Shown here: one piece after another, positions 30,641 to 33,278 of the stretch
How the letters are laid out: each line of letters begins with the position of its first letter
How positions within the stretch are numbered: position 1 is the first letter of the stretch
NCBI GenBank assembly: GCA_001275005.1
Contig: JWZX01002339.1
Location: 1 to 33,278, forward strand
Origin: Chrysochromulina tobinii
Taxonomy: Eukaryota
Reading direction: 5' to 3'
DNA: 33,278 nt
Notes under the pieces: model-generated
What the model saw: the letters and a program-made list of their open reading frames with translations, nothing else
Database searches by the model: none
What the model was told of the DNA's origin: nothing
Made by a program: the position numbers and the translations under genes

Positions 30641-33228
30641 AGCCCCCTAAGGATGACGGGGCGTCGGAGGCGGCGGCCGAGGGCCCTCCCGCGGCGTTGC
30701 TCCTCCTCACGTCCAAGTTGGACACGTGCGGCGTGGTCGACCATGCGAATGGGCAATACACGTGCGGGTACACCGCGCCTACCCAGGTGGGCTTGCTCCA
30801 AGTTGGGGTCGCCATCAACGGGGCGGATGGGCCGTGCTGCGCGGTGACGGTGGTGCCCGCAGCGGCCGATCCGAGCATGACGACCCTCACGATCGAGCCC
30901 GAGGCGTGCGTCGTTCGCGCGGGCGAGCCTCTCATCGTGATGGTGCAGCCGCACGACGTGTTCGGCAACTGCTGCGAGCTCGCGCCAGCTCAGCTCGAGG
31001 CACTGCTGACAGCCGTCCCGGCCAAGCGAAGCGATCCGACCTCGCCGCCCGCCTCCCCGGCCACAGGAAGCCCCTCGCCCGCCACGCGCTCAGGACAGCG
31101 CGCGGCACGCTCGTGGGGCGTCATCGAGGGAGTGAGCCGTCACCTTGGGGTACAGGCACCGCAGCATCTGTTCGGACCCCTCGCACTACGCCCCAATAGC
31201 ACTCGCGTCGGCACCCATGCTCTGCAGGTGACGTCCCACACATTGATTACACTGGATTACACTGGATTACACTGGATTACACTCGCATCGGCACCCATGC
31301 TCTGCAGGTGCGCTGCCGCGGCACCATCTGCACAGAGCCCATCTACTTCGAGGTGATCCCGGGCGGTACGTGTGCACATCGGTGCACCCTCGTCGAGCTC
31401 CCTGGAGAGCGGGGCCTGTGCGCCAGCGCCAACCCCCCTCGCAAAAAGTTGCTGCCACAGCCCGACTGGTACGACATGACGTTGATCGCTCGCGACGCGT
31501 ACGGCAACCGCACCGGCGTCGGAGGCGACGAGGTCAGCGCCACGCTCGAGATGGAGAGCCTTCGAGGCTCCAAGTTCGCCAGCCGGTTACGCGCCCACCT
31601 GCTGCCGTTAGACCCGGATCCGCCGACGATCATCGATCGCGAGAACGGCACGTATTGCGTGCGCGTGCCGGCGACGCGACCGGTGCGCCCGCCCAAGCCC
31701 CTGGTCTTGCCCCATGCGGAGGAGGACGATGCCACTACCGGTAAACTCAACGCGCTCAAATGGATGGGTAAGGTCGTCCGGCGCAAGGACACGCAGCTCG
31801 AAGCTCTCGCCGTGATCGAGTCGGTCGAGGGACGAGAGGTGACGCTGCGCTGGGTCGCTACCGGCAAGACGGCCAAGGGCAAGCCCGAGGCTCTGCTGCG
31901 TGGGCTGGATGAGCGCACGTTCGTCAGTGAGAAGCTCCAGGGACGTGTGGAGAAGACGGACGCGTGCGCCAGACTTTGCGATCGAACACGCTCTTGAGTG
32001 CTCTCGAGGACCACTGATGACCACTGATGACCGCTGATGACCGCTGATGACCGCTGATGACCACTGATGACCACTGGTTGGTCCCTTCGAATCACTCTCC
32101 CTGTATCGCGCCCCCCGCCCTCCCTCTCACCCCCTACCCTCCCTCTCACGCTCCCTGTATCGCACCCCCCGCCCTCCCTCTCAGGTACGGTGACCTCGAG
32201 ATCAAGGCGCTCGATGCCGAAGATCCCAATGGCAGCCCAGGCGCTCGTGCACTCAGCTACGTCGTCGACGACGGCGCCAAGACCTTTCGGCTGACCCCGG
32301 CTGACCTCATCTCGGCGCTCGAGGAGTACCGTGAGATGATGGAGGCGACCGAGCTGCATGAGGTGAGGCGCTCTTGATTGCTCCTGATTGCGCTTGATTG
32401 TGAGAGGATGGGAGGTAACCGAGCTGCATGAGGTGGGCTGTGGGGAAGTGAGGTGGGCTGTGGGGAACTCGTGCTGCTCATGCGTGGACCGCCGCTGAAA
32501 GCCTCCCTGAATGCCACCGAATGCCTCCCTGAGTGCCACTGATCGTTTCCTTCATCAGGTGCTGTGGGGAAGGTACACGCTGCGCCTCTTCGTCAACGGC
32601 GAGCTAGCCGCGACTGAGGTGCTCGACATTGAAAACCCACTCAAGCTCTTCGGCTCGGCTTCGTCACTACCTAACGGAGTCCTCAAGGCCGTCTCGCGCG
32701 TGAACGCGAAGGCGGCGCTCGAGCAGGTGAGGCACTCTTGATTGCTCTGGATTGCTCTGGATTGCGCTTGATTGCGCTTGATTGCGCTTGATTACTTGAG
32801 CAGGTGAGGCGCACATTCGAGGAGCGAGGGGTCCAGCATGCAAGTGCTCACCACGGCGCCCGCCCCCACTTCCCACAGGTGAGGCGCACTTTCGAGGAGC
32901 GAGGGGTCAAGATGGACAAGGGTCTCGAGAGCGTGCTCAAGGAGAAGGCAGCCGAGATCGAGGAGCTCTTCCTCGACATCTCGGACCGGAACGCCGCGCG
33001 GGAGAAGGAGGAACGTGATGAGCGAGCAAGGGCGCAGCAGGCAGCGGGCCAACAGGCACGTTCACGTTCACACCGGAAGCGCTCCGTCCGCCTAGCTCTG
33101 CCAGGCAAGGAGGAGGTCGAGGACGGGGACGACGGGGACGAGGACGAGGACACTACCAAGGACAGTGACGAGGACGAGAAGGAAGAGGATGCCGACACTA
33201 CCAAGGACGCGGCTGCGGCTGCGGCGGC

Positions 33229-33278
<50 letters not shown>
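26698..33278 (+). CDS. Large Kelch-repeat / IPT-TIG / filamin-type Ig repeat protein; exons 26698-31227, 31308-31963, 32185-32362, 32559-32726, 32879->33278
   Basis: Kelch motifs (RAAHAV..VVAGG, RRHHTL..SFGG, RRAFHS..VLGG, LLLFGG); IPT-like GVTP...SVGGGTPLRLHG.HF; filamin-like G.G...AVAG..T.LRVTA....G.RR.RGGD, D..NGQY, ARDAYGN. Four GT-AG introns restore a continuous frame. Confidence 0.8.
27490..27653 (+). repeat. (CAGCAC)n and (CAG)n tracts encoding poly-QH and poly-Q
   Basis: Directly visible. Confidence 0.95.
31228..31307 (+). other. Intron A of Kelch-filamin gene (80 nt)
   Basis: CAG|GTGACG...(ACTGGATTAC)3...CTGCAG|GTGCGC; phase 0, joins HALQ to VRCRG. Confidence 0.88.
31964..32184 (+). 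other. Intron B of Kelch-filamin gene (221 nt)
   Basis: GC|GTGCGC...(ACCRCTGATG)n...duplicated pyrimidine tract...TCTCAG|GTAC; phase 2, joins KTDA to YGDLEIK; donor less certain. Confidence 0.75.
32363..32558 (+). other. Intron C of Kelch-filamin gene (196 nt)
   Basis: GAG|GTGAGG...TTCATCAG|GTGCTG; phase 0, joins ELHE to VLWGRYTLRLFVNG. Confidence 0.85.
32727..32878 (+). other. Intron D of Kelch-filamin gene (152 nt; internal CAG|GT at 32803/32804)
   Basis: CAG|GTGAGG...(TGATTGCGCT)n...CCCACAG|GTGAGG; phase 0, joins ALEQ to VRRTFEERG. Confidence 0.8.
33230..33278 (+). repeat. (GGC)n microsatellite running to window end
   Basis: Directly visible. Confidence 0.95.

Noticed and set aside
26595..30954. 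Long minus-strand ORFs (403 aa with WC repeats, 659 aa)
   Set aside because: Antisense shadows of the Kelch-filamin exon; the WC repeat is the complement of (CAGCAC)n

Overview
GC-rich, gene-dense eukaryotic nuclear DNA; the compact spacing, short GT-AG introns and a plastid-targeted DUF760 gene suggest a microalga, probably a haptophyte (inference). About 11 protein-coding genes, in order: a Furry/Tao3/Mor2-like scaffold (minus strand, 3 exons, runs off the left edge; its 5.9-kb last exon is missing from the ORF track), an IQ/coiled-coil protein, a DUF760 protein, a FAM221-like protein, a putative ER 2OG-Fe(II) oxygenase with TPRs, an uncharacterised protein, an ARP4-like actin-related protein, a small hypothetical protein, a CYHR1-like RING/TRAF zinc-finger protein, a ~2260-aa NLR-like protein, and a Kelch-IPT-filamin protein (5 exons, runs off the right edge). 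Two things stand out. (1) The NLR-like gene (19187-25978) has SH3-like accessory modules, a HET-like domain, NACHT, a Tudor-like domain and an internally conserved ankyrin array. It is split by two homopolymer frameshifts and begins with a ubiquitin-tail-like RVRGG followed by a cryptic myristoylation motif GCAASK. (2) All six inferred introns are followed by exonic GT and contain 10-nt-period repeats with a branch-point-like core. Five carry direct copies of flanking exon sequence, and two of these carry a copy of the spliced exon-exon junction. This suggests intron gain or growth by duplication, and possibly recursive splicing. No RNA genes, CRISPR arrays or transposases were recognised. All family calls are from motif recognition by eye, not database searches.
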